Below, piece after piece: positions 1 to 12,874 of a DNA stretch of 57,601 nt. Each line of letters starts with the position of its first letter. Within the stretch, counting starts at the first letter, position 1. Below the pieces are notes generated by a model. That model did no database searches. It had not been told where the DNA came from and saw nothing but the letters and a program-made list of their open reading frames with translations. The position numbers and the translations under genes are program-made. The DNA is from Prorocentrum cordatum (taxonomy: Eukaryota), in assembly GCA_963575745.1 (NCBI GenBank), contig CAUYUJ010000013.1, forward strand, positions 62,001 to 119,601, given 5' to 3'.

Positions 1-640
1 ACTTCTCCGAAACCACGATCCCGTGTAAATTACACCACGCTCGCGTCCTCGAGGCCACGACACCCTGCAAAGCATGCCAGACTTGCGAACACGATCCTTC
101 GGACATTACACCACGTTCGCGGCCCGGAGGCCCCGATCCTTCGTAAATTGCACCAAAGCACCCAAGGACACGATCCCTGGTGCAAAACTCGCGCCCCCGA
201 GGCCACGCCATCTTTTGAATTACGCCACACTCACGCCCCCGGGGCCACAATCGCTCGCAAATGCAGACGCATTCGCAATTCCGAAGCCACGATCGCTCGT
301 GGATTACGCTTTTCTCGCGCCTGCGAACTCAAGATTCCTCTTAAATTACGCTGCCGTCGCGCCCCCGAGGCCACGCTACCCCGCAAATTACACCGCACTC
401 GCGCCCCCCAAGTCATAACCCGTTGTAAATAGCGACGCTCGCGCTTCCGAGGCCACGATTCCGGATACACTACTCCAGATTCGCTTCTCCGAGCCCATCA
501 TCCTCTTTTGAATGACACCACGTTCGCGGCCCCGAGGCCACGAGACCTCGCAAATTCCTCCACAGTCGCGCCCCCGAGGCCACGACCCCTTTGCAAATTA
601 CGCCACGCTCGCGCCCCCCAGACTACGATCCCATTCAACA
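1..640. repeat. Degenerate ~39-bp minisatellite (consensus ~AAATTACGCCACGCTCGCGCCCCCGAGGCCACGATCCC)
   Basis: The aaattac..cacgctcgcgcccccgaggccacga unit recurs about every 39 bp; the same family occurs at 12875-13285. Confidence 0.9.
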
Positions 641-1014
641 TCTCGATACGTGTTGCTGATCGCAAGCCGTCCTCGCAGGACCCTCCCAGATGTCTTCAAG
701 ACGGCGCCCAGACGTCCCCATGTTGCGTTGATAAATGGAGCGAGGTCCTTACGAATTCGAAGGGACCCCTCGCGCGACAGTCGGCCCGAGAGCTTTCTGA
801 GACACGGGGGCCTCTGAGACTTTATGAAATCTCATGCAAGACCTCGCGACGGCTTGTAGGAAGCATGTTGGAACTCCAGCCTTTTTCAAGCTTCGTGGAG
901 GCCTCAAGGGGGTCGGGCGGCTTGGGCCCTTTGAGGGAGGCTGTTGGCGCGTGTCAGGGCCCTTTGGGGGCGCCTTGGGGCCTTGAACTGTTCCCTGTAC
1001 TGGGCTCTGATCGC

Positions 1015-3300
1015 CTAATGCTTGTCTACCTTGGTTTGGCTCTGGCGCGGTCCGCCATCTCCTCGTCCGCGAAATGAACGCGCAGGATCATCGACTGGCA
1101 CGTCACGCATTCCGCATAGCGGCCGTGCCGGTTGTTCGAGGGCCATCAGGCTCGAGGCGGGCGCGCGCATTCCGCCGGACCCTCGCGCTGCTCGACGGCG
1201 CTCGGCACGAGCGTCGAGGCGGGTGGAACCTGAGCGCGCGCGCAGGTGCCAGGCGATCCCCAGGACGAACCGGCGCCAACGGCGGGAGGGCAGCTCCAGC
1301 TTCGCGTAGCCCTTCACGAAGCAAGACCCTTCCCGCTCGGCCGTCGCCTCGAGGACCAGCGTGGCCTCCAGCTCCTCGCTGACCAGCGGCGCGCCCAGCA
1401 GCTCCCCCCGCACCTCCATCTCCGCGCCCCCAGGCCCGTCCTCGAGGGCGCTCGCGGCTCGCGATCGGAGCGCGCCCAGGTCGACGCGCGCCCCCCTGAT
1501 GATCTCCCCATGGCCCCGCCTCGGGGCGCGCGGCGACTTGCCGCGCGGGCCCCTCTTGCTGATGCCGCGCCCACCGCTGGGCGACATCTCGAACGCGGCT
1601 GGCTTTCTGGCCCGGGGCACTCGCGGGCCCCCCTGGCATTCGAGCCGACAGCGCCGGAAAAGATGGCCCGGGCCCGCCGACTTGCAACCCCGCCGCGGCC
1701 CCGCTGGAAGAAAGAGGAGAGGAGGGGGGGGCTGCCCGGGCTGCCGTGGAACACTGGTCGCGACTACCTAACCCCTCCCCGCGGCCCTGGATCAGGAATC
1801 GCTGGGCGGGCAGCTGCAGGGAGTCCTGGATCTCGCGGAGCAGGGGGAGCTGGCAGGGCGGGCGGCGCATTAGATCGACCGGGCGGCGGCCGGGCGGGCG
1901 CGCGACCAGATCGAACGCCGCCCGACGGCCCATGACGTCCACGCTCATCTGGTTCTTGCAGGGGTCGATCACGGAGCCGAGAGACGAAAGGGACCTTGCA
2001 GGCAACAGCGGCGATCAGTGCCCCGTCTTAGATCAGGAGCTCGGTCACTCCACATTCTCCGAGGGCCACGGGCACCCACGCCTTCCCCACGGGCGCGGCT
2101 CGACCTCCGATCCCGGAGGCCGTCGCGCCGACGACAGGGGCCCAGTCGATCACGACCTTGTATCCGTGCTCGTTCATGCGGTCCAGCTCCTTCACCTCGG
2201 CTCGACCGATCAGCCCCTGGGCCGCCGCCGCGTCGACGAAGACGCGCGCCCCGAGCCCCTTGGTCGCGTCGGCGAACGAGGCGCGGTTCATCTCGTCCAG
2301 GGCCAGCCCGGAGAAGCCGTCGTCGCCGTCGTTCACGCAGAAGCATGTGAAACCCGAGATCGGCGCCCAGGGGCTCTTCTCTTCGGCCCCCTCGGCCATC
2401 CGGTCGGCCTTGGACTGGGAAGGGTTCGCGCGCGACTCGGCCCGATGGCCACGCTGCCCACAGCTCGCACATCGAGCCCCCTGCTCGAAGTCCTTCTCGC
2501 CAACTCGGCCGAAACCAGGGCGGGGCGGGCGAAAGGACTTCTGCCGATCGCAAAAATCCCGGTCCAGCTCGAGCTCCCGGGACTTCGCCCACGCCCCGCG
2601 CTCCCCCTTGCCATGTTTCTCCTCAACCACAGCCGCGAACACCTCGATGACCTCGTTCTCATCCAAATCCTGCTCGTCGTCGAAGTAAGCCTCCGAGGGG
2701 GACGGACACTCACGAGGCCGACCCCTCGCGCAGATAGGTATTCGGCATGGGCGCTGGGCTGGCGGGAGGGACCCGCTTCTCCTGAACGTCGAGCCGCGGC
2801 GGGGCCCAACGAAGCCGCGTCTCGACGGCCCCCCGCCAGAGCACGCACGTTAATCTTACTATGGGCCAGAGGGTTCGCCCCCTCCTCTAAGAATCGAGAG
2901 ACAGCATTGTCGGGCAGCGTCAAACTTCGAGAAGCGGCGTCAGCCAGCTCGGCGTCGCGGCGCAGCGCGAAATCCGCGATGCTCTCGCCCTCTGGATCAT
3001 GTAGTCGGAAAGAGCATGCTTGTGCGACATGCGATATCGAGATCCTGGCCTCTCTCCGTGATCCACGCACAAATGCGAGAGAAATGTCTCCACTCCGTTG
3101 TCATCGCCGAGAGAGGCTCGGACGGGCTTGAACTTCACCTGAAGGTCGACGGGAAGGGACTCCACCAATTTGTCCGCTGTTGTGCTCAGCTCGTGTCCAG
3201 TCCGACTCGACCATGCCCGCACATTGTTCGCATGCAGCTCCAGGCGTTCGAGGCCCACCCATCTGGGAGGAGGGCCGAAATCTCGACTGCGCTCAGAACG
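1015..3300 (-). mobile_element. Decayed LTR-retrotransposon gag / zinc knuckle / aspartic protease remnant
   Basis: Minus-strand frameshifted segments: gag-like GESIADFALRRDAELADA..LPDNAVSRFLEEGA; degenerate CCHC knuckle RCASCGQRGHRAES; protease-like VFVDAAAAQGLIG...SGIGG...VPVALG followed by LSSLGSVID. No RT or LTR identified. Confidence 0.7.
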
Positions 3301-4276
3301 GCACCCCCAGGAGGCACATGCACTCTCAGAGTCATCCCTTTCCTGGCGTCGTCAGATTCCCTCCATTCCCAAACGCTCGAGCCCCATCACCAATCATCCC
3401 AAACTCGCCAATCCCAACCTGCGTCTGAGCCGGTCGATTGGACGGCACTCGTACGGGCAGTCGGGCTCACCTCTGTATATATATACACACGATTGAGGGA
3501 GAAATGAAGTCTTTGCGTCCCTTGAGCGCTATACCAACATCTACAAACAATTTGAAATATTCAAATACTTCAAATAGTTTAGATAACTTAGATTATTTAA
3601 ATTATCGGAAATATTATATCTTAAATTCTTGATTACACCTCCAATCCTCTTCTCTATTTTCCCCTCAACCACGTGCTCCGCTTACCACTGTTGCTGGTCA
3701 AGGGGGGTTCTGATTACAAGAGAGTCGGATGGAGGAGGGCGATCTTGTCAGTACGCGCCCAAACGATCTCCTCGGCGACTGCGGACAGTCGCCCCCAAGC
3801 CTAAAAGGCGACAGCACAGCAGAACACATAGAGAGCGGGAGAGGAGAGAGAGAGCGAGAGAGAGAGAGACCCCGGGATCCACACAGAGAAGGGTAACAAT
3901 GACACTTGGGCCGTCTCGGGCCGTCGGAAGGCCCGACCAGAAGCAAATACCAACATCCTTCAAAAACCAAGGGAAAATCAATGAGTTTGGCCTCTTCGGG
4001 CCTTCCTGGAGGCCCACTTGGAGTCATCTTGGGCAATTTTGGGCCATCTTAGAGCCATCTTGGGCAGTCTTCGTGGGTTCCTGGCCCGTCTAACGCCGTC
4101 GGAAGCGGTCTTGACGGCCTCTCTGGGCCCACTTGGGGCCCTTTTGGGGCGCTCGAGGGCGTCTTGGAGGCTTCCTCGAGCGTAGGCCTCTTGGGACCGG
4201 GAACGGGGGCCCTGGAGCCCCAGTCCCCCATGGAGCAATGGGACTGGGCCCCCCCCCGGTAACTGGAACCTCGGGT

Positions 4277-4278
<2 letters not shown>

Positions 4279-4353
<75 letters not shown>

Positions 4354-4365
4354 ATGTGTGTGTGC
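4279..4365. repeat. (TA)n / (TG)n microsatellite
   Basis: Directly visible. Confidence 0.95.
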
Positions 4366-4379
4366 CTACATGTATACTA

Positions 4380-5845
4380 CTAGAACCACGCGCGCGCTTC
4401 GCGCGCGCTTAGGTTCTGTCGAGTCACAGACCCAGGAATCGTTGTGAGAAGAAATTGGTGACGCGAAGCGTCGTGGGGGCGTCCTTGGACGTCTGGGGTC
4501 TCCTGGGGCCTCTTGAGGGGCCTCCTGGGGGCCTCCTGGCGGCCTCTTGGGGCGGAAGGCTCGAGCTTGCGGTTCGTGGTCCCCCTCTGGGCCCCCTCTT
4601 GGGCCCGTCTTGGGGCCCTCTTGGGCCATCTTGGGCGCCTCTTGGGCCGTCTTGGGGCCCTCTTGGGCTGTCCTGGGGCCCTCTTGGAAGCTTCTTGGGC
4701 CGTCTTGGGGCGGTCTTGGGCGCCTCTTGGGCCGTCCTGTAACGTCGGAAAGCCCAAAAGACAACTTTGTTGAACATGTACGTTTTACGAAGGGAATGGG
4801 CCAATTTTTGCGTCTAGGGGCCCTCTTGGGACGCATGTTGGAGGCTTCTTGGGGCCTCTTGGGGGCGTCCTTGGACGTCTGGGGTCTCCTGGGGCCTCTT
4901 GAGGGGCCTCCTGGGGGCCTCCTGGCGGCCTCTTGGGGCGGAAGGCTCGAGCTTGCGGTTCGTGGTCCCCCTCTGGGCCCCCTCTTGGGCCCGTCTTGGG
5001 GCCCTCTTGGGCCATCTTGGGCGCCTCTTGGGCCGTCTTGGGGCCCTCTTGGGCTGTCCTGGGGCCCTCTTGGAAGCTTCTTGGGCCGTCTTGGGGCGGT
5101 CTTGGGCGCCTCTTGGGCCGTCCTGTAACGTCGGAAAGCCCAAAAGGCGACTTTGTTAAAAATGTACGTTTTACGAAGGGAATGGGCCAATTTTTGCGTC
5201 TAGGGGCCCTCTTGGGACGCATGTTGGAGGCTTCTTGGGGCCTCTTGGGGGCGTCCTTGGACGTCTGGGGTCTCCTGGGGCCTCTTGAGGGGCCTCCTGG
5301 GGGCCTCCTGGCGGCCTCTTGGGGCGGAAGGCTCGAGCTTGCGGTTCGTGGTCCCCCTCTGGGCCCCCTCTTGGGCCCGTCTTGGGGCCCTCTTGGGCCA
5401 TCTTGGGCGCCTCTTGGGCCGTCTTGGGGCCCTCTTGGGCTGTCCTGGGGCCCTCTTGGAAGCTTCTTGGGCCGTCTTGGGGCGGTCTTGGGCGCCTCTT
5501 GGGCCGTCCTGTAACGTCGGAAAGCCCAAAAGAGAACTTTGTTGAAAATGTACGTTTTACGAAGGGAATGGGCCAATTTTTGCGTCTAGGGGCCCTCTTG
5601 GGACGCATGTTGGAGGCTTCTTGGGGCCTCTTGGGGGCGTCCTTGGACGTCTGGAGGCCATCTTCAGCATCTCGGAGCCCTCTTGGAGGCCTCTTGGAAA
5701 TTTCTTGGGCCGTCTTGGGCGCTTCTTGGACAGTCTTGTCTGACTGGGGAGGCCTCCGGCAAGCCCCGACGAGCCTCCGGGCCCCCCGGGCGCACATTTG
5801 TGGTCGGGGTCCCGGCCCCGGGCCCCCGGACCCAGTGCGCCGTTA
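4380..5845 (-). mobile_element. Putative non-autonomous Helitron-like element (3' end at 4380; 5' end approximate)
   Basis: Minus strand reads GCGCGCGC-GAA-GCGCGCGC hairpin (4390-4408), 6 nt, then CTAG|T. Internal tandem array; AT microsatellites on both flanks. A 5' TC terminus was not identified. Confidence 0.55.
4475..5660. repeat. Near-identical 386-bp tandem repeat, ~3 copies, with internal 10/11-bp (21-bp) subrepeats
   Basis: ccttggacgtctgg recurs at a 386-bp period; near-identical ORF translations start at 4513, 4899 and 5285. Confidence 0.95.
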
Positions 5846-5913
5846 TATGTATATGTGTATTGAACTATATACATATATATACACATGTGTGTCTATGTGC
5901 ATGTGCTTGTGTA

Positions 5914-5946
<33 letters not shown>

Positions 5947-5950
5947 GTTT
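5845..5950. repeat. (TATG)/(TATGTG)n microsatellite
   Basis: Directly visible. Confidence 0.9.
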
Positions 5951-7249
5951 ATGAGTCCGCAGACGGCGTCACTGCCCATCCACCGGCGGCGCTGGCGCCT
6001 GAGCGGAACCGTCGCGGTGATGTACCTGCTCGGGGGAATCAACCGGGACTCTGCTCAATGATCCTCCGAACACCGAAGCCCTTCAAGATGACGCAGGCGG
6101 CAGGCGGTTTAGTGATGGCCGACGTAGGCTGCGCGCTGTCGGTGAATCTAAAGGGGTAGACACACATTGGGCTAACACACGTCCTGATGATAAACGATCT
6201 GCTGCAGGCGTCAGTTCAGTGTATCCTGCCTAAGCCCCACAATGGCGCATCGGAGGATGACGACCAACGGACGTCTTCCTACGTGGGCGGGTCGTCGGTG
6301 GGTTGCGCGGGCGAAGACGAGCAATCGTGCATTCCAAAGCCCATACAAAACATACCCCCCGACGGTGGCGATCCTTAAAAACAGGGTGACTTGAACGCTG
6401 GTGGGTCATCGCAATCGCCGGGCATGTCGCGGCAGGGTCGTGGGCGGGCCGCCAGTGGGACGAATCACGGGTGGATCGAGGGTTGTTCACGCGTCGGTCT
6501 GGTCGGGGGGTGGTCGAGGTTCGGGTGGGTCGCGGGTGGGTGGCAGCACGGGTGGGACAGGTGGAAGGTTGCATTGCGCCTTCAACTGGGCGCGGTACAT
6601 GCACAATTGCGGGTGGCAGCACGAGTGGCATGGCGAATACAAGTAAGATCGCAGTCCTGTCACGCGGCTGCGAGGCGTAGAATAACCGCTGAGGGTTACG
6701 ATTGCGGCGTCATCGCCGCCTTTTCGTGAGGAACCGCTTGTGCTACGGAACATCGCGCTCTCAGTGCGTACCCGACAGATCCTTACCATATTCAGCAGGA
6801 CGGCGAAAACCACCGATGGTATTCAGAATAGGACCTCAGATCACAATACTTGACTTGGTCGCGAACCGGGACTGCTTCGCGTCCCTCGACCGTTTCACGA
6901 CCATAAGATTGCTCGCGGTCCTTAACTTGCTCGCGACCCACAACAGTTTTCGATGGGGTGGGACCCCCAGAAAATTTTAGGGGCATCAAGTCCTCACTTC
7001 CTCACTTCTCCTGGGGTGGCTGGACCCCCCCACCCACACCCCACCTCGAAAACAAACATGAAAGGTCGGGAGGGGGGAGTCCTCGGCCAGACCGCCAGCC
7101 TCTGCGCGAGGCCACCCAGCCCGCGAAGGCTTTCCGTCGCACCCCAAGCCCACGGCTTAGAACTTAGCGCCAGTGGCTGAGGGCACATGGATTCGAAGCC
7201 GACGCGGGCCGCACAGGAGCAGGAACCGCACCGCACAGGATAACAGCCC

Positions 7250-8070
7250 TGCAAGGAATCGCGCAGCGAACCACTTTTGAGGGATGCAATAACGCCCCTA
7301 ACCTGGGTTACAGGTGCGTGGTCTGTAAACCTCCTGGGAGCTCCCCAAAGCCAGAGAGCCGCCAGGACGCCGCGCGGCACGCACGACGTGCAGGGTTCAC
7401 CCTGTCAGCCCACAGGAGGTTCAGCGCACAGCGCCTCGTAAACCAGGGTAGGGGCGTTTTTTACGCCCGTAACACTTGTACATCACAAGTGAAGGTGAAC
7501 GGCTTTTTCTCTCCAGACTGAAGGACCCGTGCCAAGTCCAAAAAGAGTTCCTGAGGATCCCTGCCTGATTTACAAGCGATTTCTGAGGATGCCGTATGGT
7601 TCCTTCGGATCTCGGAGGGTTCGTGTGGGCCCCAGAGGAGCCCGCAAGATTCCAGCGGATTCGAAAAAAAACTCCCCACATGGAGCTTGATGGGGGAAGC
7701 TTCTCCCGGCCTTCTTGGAAAGCCTGTCTCACCGCCTGGACGAGCTATCGTGGTTCTCCTTGCGTCACAACTCATGTCATCGAGATGTCTCGGTGGCCCT
7801 GAGGGACCCCCCAGTCCTGGGAAAATCGCCCCCCCTTCGCAACGACAGCGATATGCATCACCCGTATTCCAAAGTTCCTCGAGGCTGAGGCGGTGGAGGT
7901 GGATGATTTCTCAACAAACGAAGAGTCCTGAAGACTCGGTCCCTTTAGTTGAAAGCATTGTTGAAACGCTCGCTGCGTGAGCTGATTGCGCGAACGCCAG
8001 CTGTTAACTAAATATTGAAGCGCCGAGCCCTTTATGGCGGCAAGCATTCGAGCGCGCGGCATGATAGCGT
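7250..8070 (-). pseudogene. Possible Penelope-like reverse transcriptase remnant
   Basis: Minus strand FSQDWGVPQG (resembles the PLE RT Q..G.PxG motif), then after a frameshift LHVGSF (where YVDD is expected) and ELFLDL (FLD motif); catalytic motif not intact. Confidence 0.4.
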
Positions 8071-8129
8071 GCATTGTGACATAAACATGATATGATGTAA
8101 CTATTGTGGAACAGGAGCGTTTTGTTTAT

Positions 8130-9720
8130 TATTGCGCGCGTGCGCAATACAATAATCAATCGTTAATGGCCAACTCAGCGGGGGAACACTGCATGGTGGA
8201 AACAAATTGTTTCACTCGTTCTGAACACCCCATCATGACATTATGTACTGTGACACATTTATCGTCCTGCCGCGTGCGAGATACGAACACCAACGGGGAA
8301 TAACCATCTTAACTTCGAAAACTGACAAGTAAAAACAATTTGCTGCACTGGTATTCTGACAGCCCAGCGTGGAATCATGCATGGTGACACACTGCGGTGT
8401 ACCCATTGCCCGCGAGCGGGGGCGCGCGCAAACCAGAAACCAATAAAGAATTGTCACGTGTGTCACTCGAACTCTGAGGGCTCCAACGTGGAATGATGCA
8501 TTGTAGCACCAAGCACTGTCCGTACTGCTCGCGCGCGCGTGCGCGCGCGTGCTTTCGTATGCGCAATGCCAAGACATACAAAGAATTACCCGCTAATTAC
8601 CCGCTTAGCTCCGAACAAAATGAATGGTGACAACCAATTGTTTCACCCCATGCTCTGAATGACCCCAACGTGGAATAATGCATTGTGGCACTGCACACAT
8701 TCCTCATTGCCCGTGAGCGCGATGGCCCTCGCGTGCGCAATACAGAAACTTTCAAATAATGGCCATCTTAAACTCACAAACTGAATGGTGAAGACCATTC
8801 GTAGTTTGAGGGCCCCAACGTTGGATAATGTGTCGTGGCACTGCGCAATTTCCTCATTGCCCGCACTCGCGTGCGCTCGCCCTCGCGTGTGCAATACACA
8901 AGCAAACAAAGCATTACCATCCTACTTCGAAAAAATGAACACGGCAATCAGAGTGTTCAACGTGTGATATGATGCCATCGTCGTGGGATAATATATTGTC
9001 TCGCCGCGCATTTCCATATTCTCCTCGTGCGCGTACAGAACAACCAATACATACTTGCCATCTCAACTTCGGGAAGTGAATTTTTCATATCAGTTGCCCC
9101 ACTCGTATCTTGATGGCATCAGCGTAGAGTAATGCACGGTGGCGCTATGCACTTTCCCCGTGGCCCGCGAGGCCGGAGAACCAACCTGTAATCATGTCAC
9201 TGCGCGTGTTCCTCATTGCCCGCGTGCGCTCGTACGCGCGCCCGCGGACAAGGGAGAATGTGTGCATTGCGCAGCCATGCGTTATTCCACATTGAATCCC
9301 TCAGAGCATGAGTGAAACAATTGGTTTCCACCATGAACTGTCGAACTTGAGATTGCCATTCATGATATCGATTCGTGTTGCGCACGCGGGAACGAGCGCA
9401 CGCGCGCGTAGGCGCGCCTGCAGGCAACGAGGAATATGCGCAGTGCTACAATACAGTATTCCATCTTGAAGTTCTTAGACTACGAATGAAGCGCATGGCT
9501 TTCATTATATGGTACTTCTGTATTGGTTTCTGGATTGCGCACGCGAGAGCACCCGCGAGTAAGGAAAGCACATGGTGTCACAACACGCTATTCCCCATTG
9601 AGGCCTTCAGAATATGAGCGAAACAATGAGGTTTCGTTCATTCTTTTTCCGATCCTGAGATGGCCATTACGAATTCGTTTCCGTAATGCGCAAGCAAGAG
9701 CGCCCGCACGCGCGCACACG
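8130..9720. repeat. Degenerate ~130-180-bp tandem repeat family that switches orientation near 9240
   Basis: Unit ggtggaaaccaattgtttcactc..ctctga..ccaacgtggaataatgcattgtggcactgc is forward to ~9230 and reverse-complemented at ~9250-9720. Confidence 0.75.
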
Positions 9721-9774
9721 AGAAGGATAATGCATGCTGTTACAAAAAGTTTCACGCTGAGGCCCCCATTATTC

Positions 9775-12135
9775 TGAAAAGGACCCGCCTCAATCCGTGA
9801 AGCTGCTTCAAACGTTTACAAGAAGTGTGCGCGAGGCTCGGGCGAACACCACGTTCGATGAAAAGGATCGGCCCCCCATCCGCAAAGCCCTGCTCAACTT
9901 TTAAAAACACATTCGCGCGACGCTGCGGCGAGAATCACATTATGAAAGATACCCGCCCTCCGCCCGTCAAACGCTCGCGATGTTTAAACGAAATTGCGCG
10001 GCGCGAAGACGAGAACCACATCTTGAAAGAAAAAAAAACGTCCACCATCCGTGAACCACTAGCAAACATATTAAACGATGTGCGCGGCGCTCTGGCGAGA
10101 GGCATAGTTTGAAACAGTCACGGCCTCCATTTGGAAAACTTTTTCAAACTTGTGCGGCGACTGCGCGCGGCGCTGGGCCGAGAGCCACAAGTTCAAAAAG
10201 ACCTGCCCTCCATCCGCGAAGCTCTTGTTAACTCTATATACGGCTGTGCGCGAAACGACGGCGAGAACAACATTCGGAAAAGGACTGCCGTCCATCCGCC
10301 AAGCTTCTGTCAAAGTTGAAGACGAATCTGCGCGGCACTACGGAAAAAAACCATATGTTCAAAAGGACCCGCCCTCCATCCGTGAGGCTTTTGCGCACTT
10401 TGTCAACGCATATGCGCGGCGCTCTTTCAGAACAGCCAACAGACTGGCACGAATATGCGCGGCGTTGTTGCGAAGACCGCATTTTCAAAACGACCCGCCC
10501 TCCATCGGTGTATCTTCTGCAATTCGAGAATGGATGCGCGCGGCGCTGAAGCAATAATCGCATATTAAAGAAATCCGCCCTCCATCCGTCAAACTCTTTC
10601 AAAAGTGGAGAACGAATGCGCGGGACGTAAGGCGGGGGCCATAATTTGAATAGAACCCGCCCTCCATCCGTCCGTGAAACAAGTGCAAGTTGTTGTGACG
10701 AATGTGCGCGACGCTCAGGCCATAACCACATTAGAGAGAGCGTGATCCACCGCCGCTTTACTGTGGAAAATTGCCCACCTTTTCCTCCGGAGCCCGGGGG
10801 TCGCCCCCCCCCCCCCCCCTCCGAAAATCCTCCCCCCCTCTGGAACCCTCCCCCCCCCCCCCCCCCTCCCCGGCAAAACCCCCCCCTCCCCTAACCCTCC
10901 CCCCCCCCCCCCCCCCCTCCCGCTCGAAAACCGGGGGGGGTCACTACCGGTTCGAACCCCCTCCCCCCCCCCCTACCCTCCGGATCCGGAAAACCGGGGG
11001 GGCCACTACCGGTTCGCCCCCCCCCTTCCCCTCCCCCCCCCCCCTACTCACCGCCAGCAAACGACTCCCGGTCCCCACCACCGTCCGCATCACATCCCCC
11101 ACTGGTGTTCCCAGCACCACTGTCCTCACCACCGCTGTCCCCACTGGTTCCACCACCGCCCCTACTGTCCCCACCAGTGGCCCCACCACTGTCGCACTGT
11201 CCCCGCTGTCCCCAGAACTGTTCCCACCACGGTTCCACTCTCCCCACTGTCTCCACGGCCCCAACCACTGCCCGACTATCCCCACTGTCCCCACTGTCCC
11301 ACTGACTCCTCCGCTGTCCCACTGAGCTGTCCCACTGTTCCCACCACTGTCCCCACTGTCCCCACCACTGTCCCCACTGTACCTCTGTCCCATTGTCCCA
11401 CCGCCGTCCTCGCCACCGCCTTCACCACTGTCCCCACCACCATTGTACCCTCCACTGTCCCACTGTTTCCACCTCATTCCCATTGTCCCCACACCACTGT
11501 CCCCACCACCACCGTCACCACCACTGTCCACTGTCCCCCCCTGTTCCCACCATTGTCCCCACCACTGTCCCCACCACTACCGTCCCCACCACTGTCCCAC
11601 TGTCCCACTGTCCCCACCACTGTCCCGCTATCCCCTCACCACTGTCCCACCAACACCGTCCCCACCTCTGTCCGCACCCCCACTGGGTTTTCGAGAGGGG
11701 GGGGGGGGTTCGAACCGGTAGTGACCCCCCCCCTTTTCATGATGAGCAGGGGGGGGGGGAAAGGGTTCGAACCGGTAGTGACCCCCCCCGGTTTTCCGGA
11801 GGGGGGGGGGGGGGGGGGAAGGGTTCGAACCGGTAGTGACCCCCCCCGGTTTTCCGCCAGCAGCGGTAGAACACGCTCTTTCCCACATTAGGACCCGCCC
11901 TCCAGTCGTGGAGCTCCTGCTAACTTTGCAGAAAAATGTGCGCGACGCTAAGGCGATAAAGGCATTCGGAAAAGAGGCCGCCCTACATCCGTGAAACTCG
12001 TGCAAACTTTGAAGACAAATGTGCGCGACGCTATGGCGATGGCAAACTTATGAAAAGGACCCGCCCTCCATTCGTGAAGCTGACGCGAACTTTGAAGACG
12101 ACTGTGCGCGGCGCTGGGGCGAGAGCCACATGTTC
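9775..12135. repeat. Degenerate ~87-bp satellite (GGACCCGCCCTCCATCCGTGAA...TGCGCGGCGCT..GAGAACCACAT), split by an insertion at 10734-11882
   Basis: Periodic cgccctccatccgt motif on both sides of the insertion. Confidence 0.85.
10734..11882. mobile_element. Non-autonomous TIR element (MITE/foldback-like) with 8-bp TSD CCACATTA
   Basis: TSD at 10726-10733 and 11883-11890; imperfect TIR GAGAGAGCGTGATCCACCGC / GCGGTAGAACACGCTCTTTC; subterminal inverted GGGGTCACTACCGGTTCGAACCC motifs; internal ACTGTCCCC(ACC) array. Confidence 0.8.
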
Positions 12136-12632
12136 GCTGGAAGGGGGCGGGGAAGATATAACTTCCAGGGGCGGCAGTGGTATACGTTCGCCGAACGGGG
12201 GGGGTCGATACTTGCTGTCCTAGGTTACTCTGGTCCGCGCTGAGGATTTCTAAACCGTCGCCCGCAGCGTCTGTGTGTGTGCAGCAGTGTTGCGCTCTTT
12301 TCGCCTGGTGATGCCAGTGAGTATGCTGGTTCTGTCGGGGCGTAGCGCTCGCCCGAGGGAGGGGAAACGGAAGGACCCGCAACGATCGCCAGCGAGGAGC
12401 TGCTCCCTGCTGATGCTGGCGAGAATTCTTGTTCTGTTTGGGTGTGAAGGGGGGCGGAGGGACCGCAAGGGTCGCCAGCGAGAAGCAGGCTTCCAGCGGG
12501 AGGAGGAGGAAGAAGAAGAGGAAGAAGAAGAAGACGACGAAGAAGAAGACGAAGAAGAATAAAAGTATTATTAATAATGTTAATAAAATAATACGACTAA
12601 TAGTAATAATGATCATATAAATAATAATGATG

Positions 12633-12664
<32 letters not shown>

Positions 12665-12874
12665 CCGGCCCCCTTGTGGAGCCATCAGGCTGCGAGGGTC
12701 AGGGTTGCTGCTCCCTGCACCAGTTACAATTTCCAGTCTTCAATGTTACAGTCCTGCTTTCTACTTCCTTCCGTAAATTGTTGAAGTCCGCGCGAAGAGT
12801 GGAGCCGAAAAGCGCCCAGTTACCACCCCCGAATCGCGTTGTCTGAATTTCTGCGGGGCCGTGGGACACGTAAA

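Noticed and set aside
4366..5954. Repetitive Pro/Arg/Gly ORFs on both strands
   Set aside because: Translations of the 386-bp tandem repeat
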